Under the pieces are notes generated by a model that did no database searches, was not told the origin of the DNA, and saw only the letters and a list, made by a program, of their open reading frames with translations. Position numbers and translations under genes: made by a program. Shown here piece by piece: positions 1 through 9,360 of a stretch of 64,000 nucleotides of DNA. Origin of the DNA: Clostridia bacterium (GTDB lineage: Bacteria > Bacillota > Clostridia > UMGS1883); the NCBI GenBank assembly GCA_051866635.1, contig JBJDXJ010000038.1, positions 1 through 64,000 of the forward strand, written 5' to 3'. Position 1 is the first letter of the stretch. Every line of letters starts with the position of its first letter.

Positions 1-1723
1 CACGACTCTTGTACCTTTGCGTGTCATTACAGAGGCCTTTGGTGCTCATGTTACATGGGTTGGTGAAACAAAGGAAATTATCCTTGAATACCCTGATGTT
101 AACATTACACTTCAGATCGGTAACATCAATGCGACAGTAAACACACATACAGAAACGCTTCCCGAAGCACCTGTTTTAAGCGAAAACGGCGTTACAATGG
201 TACCCTTAAGATTTATTTCCGAAACATTTGGTGCAACTGTAGGCTATGACGATGCAACGGCGGCTATTACTGTTGTGAAGGAGACAACTTCCGAATCCGG
301 AACTATTTCCTCCTCCACAGACCTTCCCAGAATAGGCGACAGTTACTGGGGCTGGTCTATGATGAATCCTACCGGCATGAGAATGACTGACAGGTATTTT
401 GACGGATGTTATACAGTGTTTAAAGATGAAGCAAGTAAGCTGTCCTTGCATATTTATGATGTTTCCGAATATGAAGGTTCGTATTACGATGATAATTTCA
501 ACTACTTTAAGTCACTTCTTTCGGGATACACATTTTCAAAGGCAGAAAAGAGCACTGATGCAAACAAAAATAAGTGCTTCCGCATTACTGCAAGAAATAA
601 GGAAGAATGTGTTGACATTTACTCAGTATGCAAGGGTGACTACAGCTACGAAGTTGTATTTTCAACAGAAGCCGGAAACAATGATGCAATGGCAACTATT
701 GAAACAATCATTAATTCCTTTAAGCTGGAATTTGCCTTGGACGAAGACGAAAAAGCCATCACCTACGACCTTTCCAATGTGGGTGAGGACGGATTCAGAA
801 CTGTTAAAGACGAAGAATTGAAGATTTCTGTTAAGGTTCCTGCAACATGCCGTGATAACAATCCTAAAGAGCTTAACAGTATTGAAATTGTAGGGGATAA
901 GAGTGACGACTGTACAAGAATTGCCATAGGCGTGTATTCCAAAAGCGAAACTGTTACGTCAAATATTTTGGCAAATTCCGACAGAGAGCACAACGAAAAG
1001 TACTACAACCCGGAATTATGCACCGTTTCCAAAGTATGTGAATACAAGGCAAACGATGTGGGAGAAAATGCGTATTATTATTGGATAACGTCTAACGGTC
1101 TTTACTCAGGCGACTATGTAATGTACGATGTTTTCTTTGAAAAGGGCGACTATGTGTATAATATTTCAGTAAAAGTTTTGAAGGGTGATACTGATTTGTT
1201 TGACAAAGTGATGAGTACTCTTGAAGTGGAAGAACTTGACAGAGAAACAACAGGCACATTTATCAGGGCGGACAGGGACACTACTCCCAAAAATGTATCG
1301 ACTTCAAAGTGGACATTGGAATTGTCATCTGACTGGACCAGTTTGACAGAAACTACTGCCTCAAGCGGTGCGTATATGAATTTGTACACAGGTGCACTTA
1401 TTTCTGTAACTTGCGGTGAAGGTGATGACATAAAGCAGAAGGATATGCCTGAAATTGTGGAATATTACAGTAATATGCTGAAAAAGGAAGGTTTTGGTTT
1501 ATCCAAGAGTGTGACAAAGGAAAAGCTTGGTGGACACGAATTCTATACCTTCCAAAGATACCACGAAGACGAAGAATCCGGATTAAAGACATATACTACT
1601 GTATACATGATTCTTGCCGGCGGAAACCTTTATATTTTCACACTTACTGAAGATGAAGAGTTTGCAAACCACACTGTCTACGAAGAGGTAAAGACAATCT
1701 TGTCCTCATTTACCACAAAATAA
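1..1723 (+). CDS. Copper amine oxidase N-terminal (stalk) domain surface protein, 5'-truncated by the window edge
   Basis: Frame is open from nt 2 (TTLVPLRVITEAFGAHVTW). Repeated VPLR.ISE.FGA.V.[WY] stalk motif; PsbP-like C-terminal repeats are a guess. Confidence 0.75.
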   Translation, partial: TTLVPLRVITEAFGAHVTWVGETKEIILEYPDVNITLQIGNINATVNTHTETLPEAPVLSENGVTMVPLRFISETFGATVGYDDATAAITVVKETTSESGTISSSTDLPRIGDSYWGWSMMNPTGMRMTDRYFDGCYTVFKDEASKLSLHIYDVSEYEGSYYDDNFNYFKSLLSGYTFSKAEKSTDANKNKCFRITARNKEECVDIYSVCKGDYSYEVVFSTEAGNNDAMATIETIINSFKLEFALDEDEKAITYDLSNVGEDGFRTVKDEELKISVKVPATCRDNNPKELNSIEIVGDKSDDCTRIAIGVYSKSETVTSNILANSDREHNEKYYNPELCTVSKVCEYKANDVGENAYYYWITSNGLYSGDYVMYDVFFEKGDYVYNISVKVLKGDTDLFDKVMSTLEVEELDRETTGTFIRADRDTTPKNVSTSKWTLELSSDWTSLTETTASSGAYMNLYTGALISVTCGEGDDIKQKDMPEIVEYYSNMLKKEGFGLSKSVTKEKLGGHEFYTFQRYHEDEESGLKTYTTVYMILAGGNLYIFTLTEDEEFANHTVYEEVKTILSSFTTK

Positions 1724-1776
1724 AAAACGTTGATTCTGCGGTATACTCAAGTGACGGATAATTTTATATGAAACAT

Positions 1777-1828
1777 AACGGGACGATTCTATTTGTGAGA
1801 TATATAAAAACAATAGAATCGTCCTGTT
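1777..1828. repeat. REP-like inverted repeat doublet
   Basis: AACGGGACGATTCTATT (1777-1793) pairs with AATAGAATCGTCCTGTT (1812-1828), one mismatch; core resembles GGGGACGGTT at 12944 and 15631. Confidence 0.55.
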
Positions 1829-2088
1829 TATAGTTATTAGTAAAGAAGGTAAAATTTGAAATTGAAAAAATTAAAAATAAGGAGTATTTTATATATAAGA
1901 TCTTTCTGTTACCCTGACGAGAACTGTCTGTCATTCTTGTTTTGTAAATCGGCGATAACGGGCAATCGTTGACAAAGCTTTTATAGGGTGGTATGATTGA
2001 AGTAAGGATTGCGGAGCATTTCAAAAAAAAGGAAAAATAAGAATTGGAATATTGAATTTGATTAATTTGATAACGGGAGGGATGATAA

Positions 2089-3582
2089 ATGAGAAAATTT
2101 ATAGGATATATACCGGCGGTATTGTTTACCGCGTTTTGCGTATATGCCCCAATGACAGGGGTAAGATTAACATTGCCGATGGCTTTAATTTGGATTGCGT
2201 GTTTCTGGCTCTCTGCAACCTTTTTACATAAAGGATTGTTTTGGGGCGGAGCTTTCGGATTGTTTCCTGCAATCCATATGATTTATATGGGAACACAGTA
2301 CACAGAACAGGTTGTAAATATTGAAATCCCTCTCGGAATTATACTGTTACTTTTTTATGGCATCTTTGGCTTTTACCTTTGGAAAAAGCGTAATGATATA
2401 CCAAAACCCGAAAACAAAGAAATTATTATAATGGTTGTCAAGGTAGCATTAACAATTGGAACAATTGTGGCAAGTGCTTATGTTGCAGTATTCTCAGCAT
2501 TGATACTGACGTTAGAAGGCATTAATCCGATTATATTATTTATTACTGTGCTTGTTCTGCCGTCTTTGTTACTTCCTTTGATATGGCTGAAAAAGAGAAA
2601 GAAATTCTTTTTAATATGGCTTATACCTGCATGTATTTACTTTATTTCATTGGGTATTAACTATGGAATGATCAAGTACGATGAAAGCATTACCATAAAC
2701 ACATCACCGAACATCAATGTTCACGAATATCTTCCGTTTAAGGAAGATTCAAAGATAGTTAAATATGATAGCAAAACATTGAAGCTTACAAGCAATCTGC
2801 CACGAATTGACGGAGCCGCGGCACTGTTTCCGGTGTATTCAGCATTTGTAAATGCGGTATATCCCGAAACAACAGAGCTTAACGACGGGACTTTTGAATA
2901 TAATAACACTCCCGGTGGCTATAAGCTTTTGGCAGAAAAGCAAACAGATATTTTCATTGGAGTATATCCCTCTGACGAACAGAAAGCCTATGCAGAAGAA
3001 TGTAACACAACTTTTGAATACACACCTATCGGAACGGAGGCATTTGTGTTCTTTGTTCATAAAGACAATCCCATTGAAAACTTGACTACGGAGCAGATTA
3101 AAAGCATTTATGCCGGAGAAATTACCAATTGGAAAGAACTTGGGGGCAGAAACGAAGAAATTGCCCCTTTCCAAAGAAACAAGGGTAGCGGCAGTCAAAG
3201 TATGTTAGAACGTTTTATGGGCGATAAGCCTATTATGGAAGCTCCCACAGAGCTAAAAAACGATTTAATGTCAGGTATTATTGAACAGGTGTCGAATTAT
3301 AGAAATAAATCAAATTCCATCGGTTTCTCATTCAGATTTTATGTTGAGGGAATTATCAAAAATCCTGATATTAAAATGATTTCCATTGACGGAATTAAAC
3401 CTACAGCAGAAAATATCAGAAACGGTAAATATCCTGTTGTAACACCGATTTATGCTGTTACATATGAAGAGGAAACAAATGAAAATGTTGATAAGCTGCT
3501 TGATTGGATATTGTCAGAGGAAGGTCAGTATATCATCGAAGAAACGGGCTATGTTGGGGTAATATCAGATTTTACAAAATAA
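2089..3582 (+). CDS. Membrane protein fused to a PstS-like phosphate-binding (PBP) domain
   Basis: About 190 aa of hydrophobic helices, then IDGAAALFP, EAFVFFVHKDNPIENLT.EQIKSIYAGEITNWKELGG and QRNKGSGSQ motifs; SD GGGAGG. Confidence 0.75.
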   Translation: MRKFIGYIPAVLFTAFCVYAPMTGVRLTLPMALIWIACFWLSATFLHKGLFWGGAFGLFPAIHMIYMGTQYTEQVVNIEIPLGIILLLFYGIFGFYLWKKRNDIPKPENKEIIIMVVKVALTIGTIVASAYVAVFSALILTLEGINPIILFITVLVLPSLLLPLIWLKKRKKFFLIWLIPACIYFISLGINYGMIKYDESITINTSPNINVHEYLPFKEDSKIVKYDSKTLKLTSNLPRIDGAAALFPVYSAFVNAVYPETTELNDGTFEYNNTPGGYKLLAEKQTDIFIGVYPSDEQKAYAEECNTTFEYTPIGTEAFVFFVHKDNPIENLTTEQIKSIYAGEITNWKELGGRNEEIAPFQRNKGSGSQSMLERFMGDKPIMEAPTELKNDLMSGIIEQVSNYRNKSNSIGFSFRFYVEGIIKNPDIKMISIDGIKPTAENIRNGKYPVVTPIYAVTYEEETNENVDKLLDWILSEEGQYIIEETGYVGVISDFTK

Positions 3583-3595
3583 GGAGAAAAAATCA

Positions 3596-5458
3596 ATGAA
3601 AAAATTAATATCCGTTATTTTATCAATAACGATGCTTATATCGTCAGCTGTGATATCGTTGGCTAATGAAAAGGACAACATACTAAAAGTTGCTGTTTGT
3701 GCGGATTTTGCTCCGTTTGAATATTGGGAAAATGGAGAGCTGAAAGGTTTTGATATTGACTTTATGAACCTTATAGGAGAGTATATAGGATATGAAATTG
3801 AATATATAGATATGAAGTTTGATAACCTTCTTCCGTCAGTTGCAAATGGTGATGTTGATTGTGCTATCTCAGCTATAGTGGCAACAGAAGAAAGAGAAAG
3901 ATATGTTGATTTTACAAGACCGTATTTTGCAGCTAATGTAATATATAAAGACGAGGATTTTGAAACAGAAGCTTTGGAAATGTATTCAATAATTTTTAAA
4001 GAGGGTACTTATGATGCACTTTATAGGTCCACATCTTTGGCAGAGTATGAAACAATCTTTATGCGTGTTGAGGAAACTATAGAAAAACTTATTCTGGATG
4101 GAACAACAGAAAAGATTATGGAAAAATATAATCTCAATAATGCAGATGATGAAAATTCTGCCATAATCTATGAATACGTTGATTTGAAATCTGTGCTTAC
4201 GGATAGTGAGGCCAACAGCAGTGCAATAACCCTTTTCGCTGATGAATGGGCGGTTGAAGATGTAACTTTTGCTTATGAAGTAGGCATTACTGATATAAAT
4301 AAGGAGTATGCTTACCAAAATAAAATTACACGTGAAGAATTTTGTGAACTGATTTATAATTTTGTGACATCTTTAAAACGGGAGTTTACAGCACCTATAA
4401 CAAATAATTTCACAGATACTGAAAATGATAAAATTCTTATGTTGAACGGGTTGGGAATTATCAACGGAAAGAGTGAAACAGAGTTTGCACCAAAAGACTA
4501 TCTTACCCGTGAAGAAGCCGCAACTATTATTGTGCGTATGGTTAATAAAATTGTGCCTATGGAAAAAACGGAAATGTGGTTTGAGTATGATGATGCAGAC
4601 GATATTTCCGAATGGGCATTAGATTCTGTTCAGACAATCAGCAATTTGGGATTTATGAAGGGTGTGGGCGATAACAAGTTCGCTCCTAAAGATACATACA
4701 CAACAGAGCAGGCAATAGTAACTCTTGTGAGAGTTTATAAAAGTGCTCAAGATGTAGGAGCTATTGAGAAAAATTCAAGTGTTGCCATAATCGGCGGTGG
4801 AGATGGTCCTACAAGTATTATTGTGGATAGTACACCCTCACAAAATGCAACAGACATCATTATTGGCGAAGATGTGAAGTTAGACAAATTCTATATTGAC
4901 GAAGCGGTTAAACTTGCAACGGAAACTTCCCAAATGGCGGCGGATAAAATGTTTATTTCTATGTACGTTTCCAAAGATATGGCAAAAGAAATTTGTGAAC
5001 AATTTAATAAAATTGATTATTCAAAGCCCAAAGAAATATACTATCTTTCATTTAATCCCGAAAAAGCTGTAGAATTTTTTGAAAGCATTTATGCCGAAGA
5101 AGTTGTTGATGAAGAAATAGATTTTGCAAAGGTTATTGAATATCAAAAGTTTAATTTATCGGTTTTTGCCAACATTATAAATGGCGGATATGGAGCCAAT
5201 ACACTTGCCTTAACAAGTGTGCTGACTAACCGTGAAGGATATATTATGCCCAAAGACTTCAAAAAAGACTTTTGCTTATATATGGTATACGAGGGCGATT
5301 TTTCCGTGCTTGTTTCCTTTGGAAAAATTGGTGACGGAGTAATTGAAGGTCGTATGCAATTTGTTAAAAATGGCGAAAACGCTGATATATCATCTCTTGT
5401 GGGCAAGTTATACTCATTATTCGGCAAGGAATGTATTACTGTCGGAACTGTAAAATAA
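3596..5458 (+). CDS. Secreted protein with amino-acid ABC substrate-binding domain and S-layer homology (SLH) domains
   Basis: Signal peptide; APFEY..GELKGFDID (SBP_bac_3); ITREEF, GIINGK..EFAPKDYLTREEAA and GFMKGVGDNKFAPK SLH repeats. Confidence 0.75.
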   Translation: MKKLISVILSITMLISSAVISLANEKDNILKVAVCADFAPFEYWENGELKGFDIDFMNLIGEYIGYEIEYIDMKFDNLLPSVANGDVDCAISAIVATEERERYVDFTRPYFAANVIYKDEDFETEALEMYSIIFKEGTYDALYRSTSLAEYETIFMRVEETIEKLILDGTTEKIMEKYNLNNADDENSAIIYEYVDLKSVLTDSEANSSAITLFADEWAVEDVTFAYEVGITDINKEYAYQNKITREEFCELIYNFVTSLKREFTAPITNNFTDTENDKILMLNGLGIINGKSETEFAPKDYLTREEAATIIVRMVNKIVPMEKTEMWFEYDDADDISEWALDSVQTISNLGFMKGVGDNKFAPKDTYTTEQAIVTLVRVYKSAQDVGAIEKNSSVAIIGGGDGPTSIIVDSTPSQNATDIIIGEDVKLDKFYIDEAVKLATETSQMAADKMFISMYVSKDMAKEICEQFNKIDYSKPKEIYYLSFNPEKAVEFFESIYAEEVVDEEIDFAKVIEYQKFNLSVFANIINGGYGANTLALTSVLTNREGYIMPKDFKKDFCLYMVYEGDFSVLVSFGKIGDGVIEGRMQFVKNGENADISSLVGKLYSLFGKECITVGTVK

Positions 5459-5530
5459 ATTGATTGGTAAGGTCATAGACGGAAATGCTTGTTTTACGCA
5501 GACTGACGACTCCAAATTGATTGACAAAAA

Positions 5531-5577
5531 TAAAGATAAAGCCTCGGAAGCATTTGACCTCCGAGGCTTTATCTTTA
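5531..5577. terminator. Bidirectional intrinsic terminator
   Basis: 18-bp stem TAAAGATAAAGCCTCGGA/TCCGAGGCTTTATCTTTA between convergent genes. Confidence 0.8.
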
Positions 5578-5586
5578 AATTAATAA

Positions 5587-7380
5587 TTATTCTTCAATTA
5601 TAAAATACGTATGATAAGGTTTATTGTGCATCCGGTACATTGGTACAAATTTTAAACCGTAGCCCGTAAGTGCAACCTCCCCTTCAACGGGGGTGAGGTC
5701 ATTTCCTATTGTAAGGAAATTTGTATAGCTGTTTTCGGCAACCATAACAAAAGGTCCGTACATAACAGAAGCTATTGTTTTTCCCTGCAGTTTATCAGGT
5801 GTTTTTTCAAAACGGATGGTGTAATCAAAGGAAAGATTAATCACATCCGTTGCACCTGCCTTATGTGAAAGAATGGCGTATCTGCCTTCTGTAGTAAGGG
5901 GAGCAGAGTTTACGGTAAAGGGGTTTTCGCACCATGTGGGGATACGGAACATTATTTTCATGTCACAATCACCGGTAACTTCGACAGTGCCTCCGCCAAA
6001 TGGAAAGTCAGATTTAATATCAATTTTTACATCGCCATTATATGTGGCGGGAACGTATTGGTTACAGATTAATGTGTTGTCATCCCGCACAAAAAATGAT
6101 GCGTCCTGATATTTAACATGGTTTTCCATGCCGGTGCCGTGACAGCATGTAAAGCTCATATAATCGTCTGTATATTCCTTCTGTGCTCCGGGACCGATGG
6201 GGAGCATATATGTAACACCGTTATGTACGTTTTCGGTAACAATAGGCGTTTGTGATGCAAGTATCTGGTTAATCATTGCCCTTTCGTAATAGTCCATGTA
6301 CTTAACCTCGTCAGGATTAAGAGCATAAAGCATTCTGGCAGTCTTAAGCATATTATAGGCGGCACATGTTTCGCAGTTTGTCGCCTCTTTTATATTTTCC
6401 GCAAGTTTGTCTGAGTCACGGAAACTTTCACCCTGACCTACACCGCCTATTGAATACATGTGATGATTTGTCACAATATCAAAGAAGTTTTTGCCCACCT
6501 TTAAATAAAAATCATCTTCCGTTGCTATATATTCCTCAATTGCACCTAAAACTTGAGGAATATGCTGATTGGCGTGAAGGTTTTGTATTGTATCTTCGCC
6601 CTTTGAAAGACCGGGGAAAATGTTGTCGTTATCAAACATTTTTGCGGCAGTTAAATACTTTTCATCCCCTGTAATATTGTACAAGGTGGTAAGTGACTCA
6701 TTCATGCCGCCAAATTCCCCTGCTATATACATGCTCCACATCTGTTTTCTGTGTTCAGGCGATAAGGGTGACAGCCTGTCATAAATCCAATGGGCAATAC
6801 CCTTTGCACAATCAAGTGCTTCATTGTTTCCGCCACGGCTGTAACAGTCAATAAGCCCTGCCACTATTTTGTGAAGTGTGTAGTATGGTGCCCAGATGTC
6901 TTTATACTTTGTGAACTTTTCCAAAAGCGCAAACTGGTCGGGAGAGTATGCGGACAAAAAGCCTTCACCCCATTCTTCGGGGTTCTTGCTCCACATTTCC
7001 TCGCCTGCATGTTCGCTGTCGCCTTTAGTTTTAAAGTCACTTGCCTTGCCCTTGCACATAAGCTGAAGGGAACGGAGCTTATGAACCATATAGTCCATTT
7101 TTTCCTTGTATATATCTTCACCTGTTGCGCTGTATGCCAGTGCCAGTGCGGACAAAAAATGCCCGGTGGAATGACCGCGTAAAAGCCCCGTTGGTTCTTC
7201 CCAGCCCCCTAAGGGTTCAGCCGCAGTTTTTACACCGAAGGTGCGGTTAAAATTATAAAGCATACGGTCGCAGTCAAGGAGCTTTAAATACTCCAACGTG
7301 CGGCTTCGGTTATCGAAAAAAGCACTTTTCCTAAGCACCGATTTATTTAAGGGGGAATAATTTCCTTTGAATGATATCAT
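5587..7380 (-). CDS. Beta-L-arabinofuranosidase-like glycoside hydrolase (GH127/GH146)
   Basis: GGWE..LRGH..GHFLSA, WAPYYTLHK, GEFGGMNE, HANQHIP, ETCAAYNMLK and TCCHGTG motifs; start placed at the ATG after SD AAAGGA. Confidence 0.85.
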   Translation of the reverse strand: MISFKGNYSPLNKSVLRKSAFFDNRSRTLEYLKLLDCDRMLYNFNRTFGVKTAAEPLGGWEEPTGLLRGHSTGHFLSALALAYSATGEDIYKEKMDYMVHKLRSLQLMCKGKASDFKTKGDSEHAGEEMWSKNPEEWGEGFLSAYSPDQFALLEKFTKYKDIWAPYYTLHKIVAGLIDCYSRGGNNEALDCAKGIAHWIYDRLSPLSPEHRKQMWSMYIAGEFGGMNESLTTLYNITGDEKYLTAAKMFDNDNIFPGLSKGEDTIQNLHANQHIPQVLGAIEEYIATEDDFYLKVGKNFFDIVTNHHMYSIGGVGQGESFRDSDKLAENIKEATNCETCAAYNMLKTARMLYALNPDEVKYMDYYERAMINQILASQTPIVTENVHNGVTYMLPIGPGAQKEYTDDYMSFTCCHGTGMENHVKYQDASFFVRDDNTLICNQYVPATYNGDVKIDIKSDFPFGGGTVEVTGDCDMKIMFRIPTWCENPFTVNSAPLTTEGRYAILSHKAGATDVINLSFDYTIRFEKTPDKLQGKTIASVMYGPFVMVAENSYTNFLTIGNDLTPVEGEVALTGYGLKFVPMYRMHNKPYHTYFIIEE

Positions 7381-7452
7381 TTTCTTTATCCTTTCGACAA
7401 AATATTCTACGAAGATATTAGCATGGGATAAATATAAAGTCAATATTAATAG

Positions 7453-7481
7453 TTGAAATTACAAATCTAATATTGTATAAT
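7453..7481 (+). promoter_or_regulatory. SigmaA promoter of the aminopeptidase gene
   Basis: TTGAAA-17 bp-TATAAT. Confidence 0.6.
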
Positions 7482-7513
7482 GATAGCAAGTGTTTTATGA
7501 AAGGACGATAATA

Positions 7514-8914
7514 ATGAAACTTGAATTTAAAAACGGCTGGAACGTAATCGACGATGCCGAAAAGAAAAAGGTGTTTGAATTTGGTGAAGGCTATAAAACT
7601 TACCTTAATCACGGTAAAACAGAACGTGAATGTGTAAAGGAAACTGTTAAAATGGCAGAATCTTTCGGTTTTAAGGCATTATGCAGTGTGGACAGCTTAA
7701 ATCCCGGTGACAAGGTTTATGCAGTTAACAAGAATAAGTGCGTTATGCTTTGCGTAATCGGCAACAAAAAGGTGTCCGAAGGCGTGAACATTGTTGGTGC
7801 ACATATTGATGCTCCCCGTCTTGACTTAAAGCAGAATCCCTTGTTTGAAGATAACGATATGGCTTTCTTCAAAACTCACTACTACGGTGGTATTAAAAAG
7901 TATCAGTGGACGGCAATTCCCCTTGCAATCCACGGTGTTATTGTGCTTGAAAACGGTGAAAAGGTGGAAGTTTCCATCGGTGACTATGACGATGATTTAA
8001 CATTTGTTATTACTGACCTTCTTCCTCACCTTGGCAGAAATCAGATGAGCAAAAACGCTAATGAAGTAATAAGCGGTGAAGAGCTTACAGTTCTTTTGGG
8101 CTCCATCCCTTATGAAGGTGAAGACGACGAGAAAACGGGTCTTAAAAAGGGCGAAGTTAAGAGCAAAATCCTTACACTTATAAACGAAAAGTACGGTATT
8201 AAGGAGGAAGATTTCCTCTCTGCTGAGCTTGAAGTTGTTCCCGCTTTTGAAGCAAAGGATTTAGGTCTTGACCGCAGTATGGTTGCCGCATATGGCCACG
8301 ACGACAGGGTTTGTTCTTATGCGGCTCTTATGGCAACCTTGGAAACCGAAGCACCCGAAAAAACAGCAGTATGCATCCTTACAGACAAGGAAGAAGTTGG
8401 CTCTATGGGCAACACCGGTGCAAAGAGCTATTTTATGCAGCTTGTATTGGGCGAGCTTATGGAAAAGACAGGGGAGACGGCTTCCGATATTAACCGTCTT
8501 CGTATGCTTGATAAGAGCTTCTGCCTTTCCGCTGACGTTTCTGCGGCATTGGACCCCAAGTTCAGCGATGTTTGCGACCCCATGAACTGCGGCAGAATGA
8601 ATAAGGGTATTGCCGTAAGCAAATACACAGGAAGCGGCGGCAAGAGCGGAAGTAACGATGCCTCTGCGGAGCTTATGGGAATTGTAAGAAAAATCTTTAA
8701 CGAAAACGGTGTCCTCTGGCACACAGCAGAGCTTGGCAAGGTTGATGCAGGCGGCGGCGGTACAATCGCACAGTTCGTTGCAAACCTTGGGGTAAACACA
8801 ATTGACTGCGGTGTTCCCATGCTCAGCATGCACGCACCATATGAAGTGGTAGGCAAGATGGACTTGTATATGTCCTATAAGGCTTTTGGGGCATTTCTTA
8901 AAGATTGCAAGTGA
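7514..8914 (+). CDS. M18 family aminopeptidase (ApeA-like)
   Basis: GAHIDAPRLDLK, HYYGGIKKYQW, GHDDRVC, DKEEVGS and LSMHAPYE motifs. Confidence 0.9.
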   Translation: MKLEFKNGWNVIDDAEKKKVFEFGEGYKTYLNHGKTERECVKETVKMAESFGFKALCSVDSLNPGDKVYAVNKNKCVMLCVIGNKKVSEGVNIVGAHIDAPRLDLKQNPLFEDNDMAFFKTHYYGGIKKYQWTAIPLAIHGVIVLENGEKVEVSIGDYDDDLTFVITDLLPHLGRNQMSKNANEVISGEELTVLLGSIPYEGEDDEKTGLKKGEVKSKILTLINEKYGIKEEDFLSAELEVVPAFEAKDLGLDRSMVAAYGHDDRVCSYAALMATLETEAPEKTAVCILTDKEEVGSMGNTGAKSYFMQLVLGELMEKTGETASDINRLRMLDKSFCLSADVSAALDPKFSDVCDPMNCGRMNKGIAVSKYTGSGGKSGSNDASAELMGIVRKIFNENGVLWHTAELGKVDAGGGGTIAQFVANLGVNTIDCGVPMLSMHAPYEVVGKMDLYMSYKAFGAFLKDCK

Positions 8915-8921
8915 GGATAAA

Positions 8922-9167
8922 ATGCGTATTGATAAATATTTAAAGGTTTCCCGTCTTATAAAGCGAAGAACTATTGCACAGGAGGCTTGCGAAGGCGGAA
9001 GGATAACGATTAACAATAAGGTTGCAAAGCCTTCAAGCGAGGTAAAGGTAGGCGATATTATCACCATTACCTTCGGTGAAAGGGTGATAAAGGTGAAAGT
9101 TGAAATTGTCACAGAACACGCCCTTAAAAATGATGCGGCAACCATGTACAGTGTAATAGAAGGATAA
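8922..9167 (+). CDS. yabO: S4-domain RNA-binding protein (YabO/RqcP, Hsp15 family)
   Basis: MRIDKYLKVSRLIKRRTIAQEAC..GRI.IN...AKPS..VKVGD. Confidence 0.9.
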   Translation: MRIDKYLKVSRLIKRRTIAQEACEGGRITINNKVAKPSSEVKVGDIITITFGERVIKVKVEIVTEHALKNDAATMYSVIEG

Positions 9168-9172
9168 CGTTA

Positions 9173-9212
9173 TAAGGCTGATTGAGAAAAATTCAATCAG
9201 CCTTACTTTTTT
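9173..9212 (+). terminator. Intrinsic terminator
   Basis: TAAGGCTGATTGA/TCAATCAGCCTTA stem followed by a T-tract. Confidence 0.8.
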
Positions 9213-9233
9213 GTAAAAAATGTGAATTAGCTA

Positions 9234-9262
9234 TTTACAAAAAGAAAGTTTTCGTTTATAAT
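9234..9262 (+). promoter_or_regulatory. SigmaA promoter
   Basis: TTTACA-17 bp-TATAAT; palindrome ATCTCTA-N5-TAGAGAT just downstream (9271-9289). Confidence 0.55.
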
Positions 9263-9360
9263 AATTGTGTATCTCTATATAGTAGAGATGTCTTTTGGCA
9301 TTTACACTTATATTGAAAAATTTAGGCGTAAGCCTTGGAAAATGAAAGGAAGGAATCTTT

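Noticed and set aside
8261-9145. 294-aa minus-strand ORF
   Set aside because: Antisense shadow of the aminopeptidase and yabO genes; no motifs or SD
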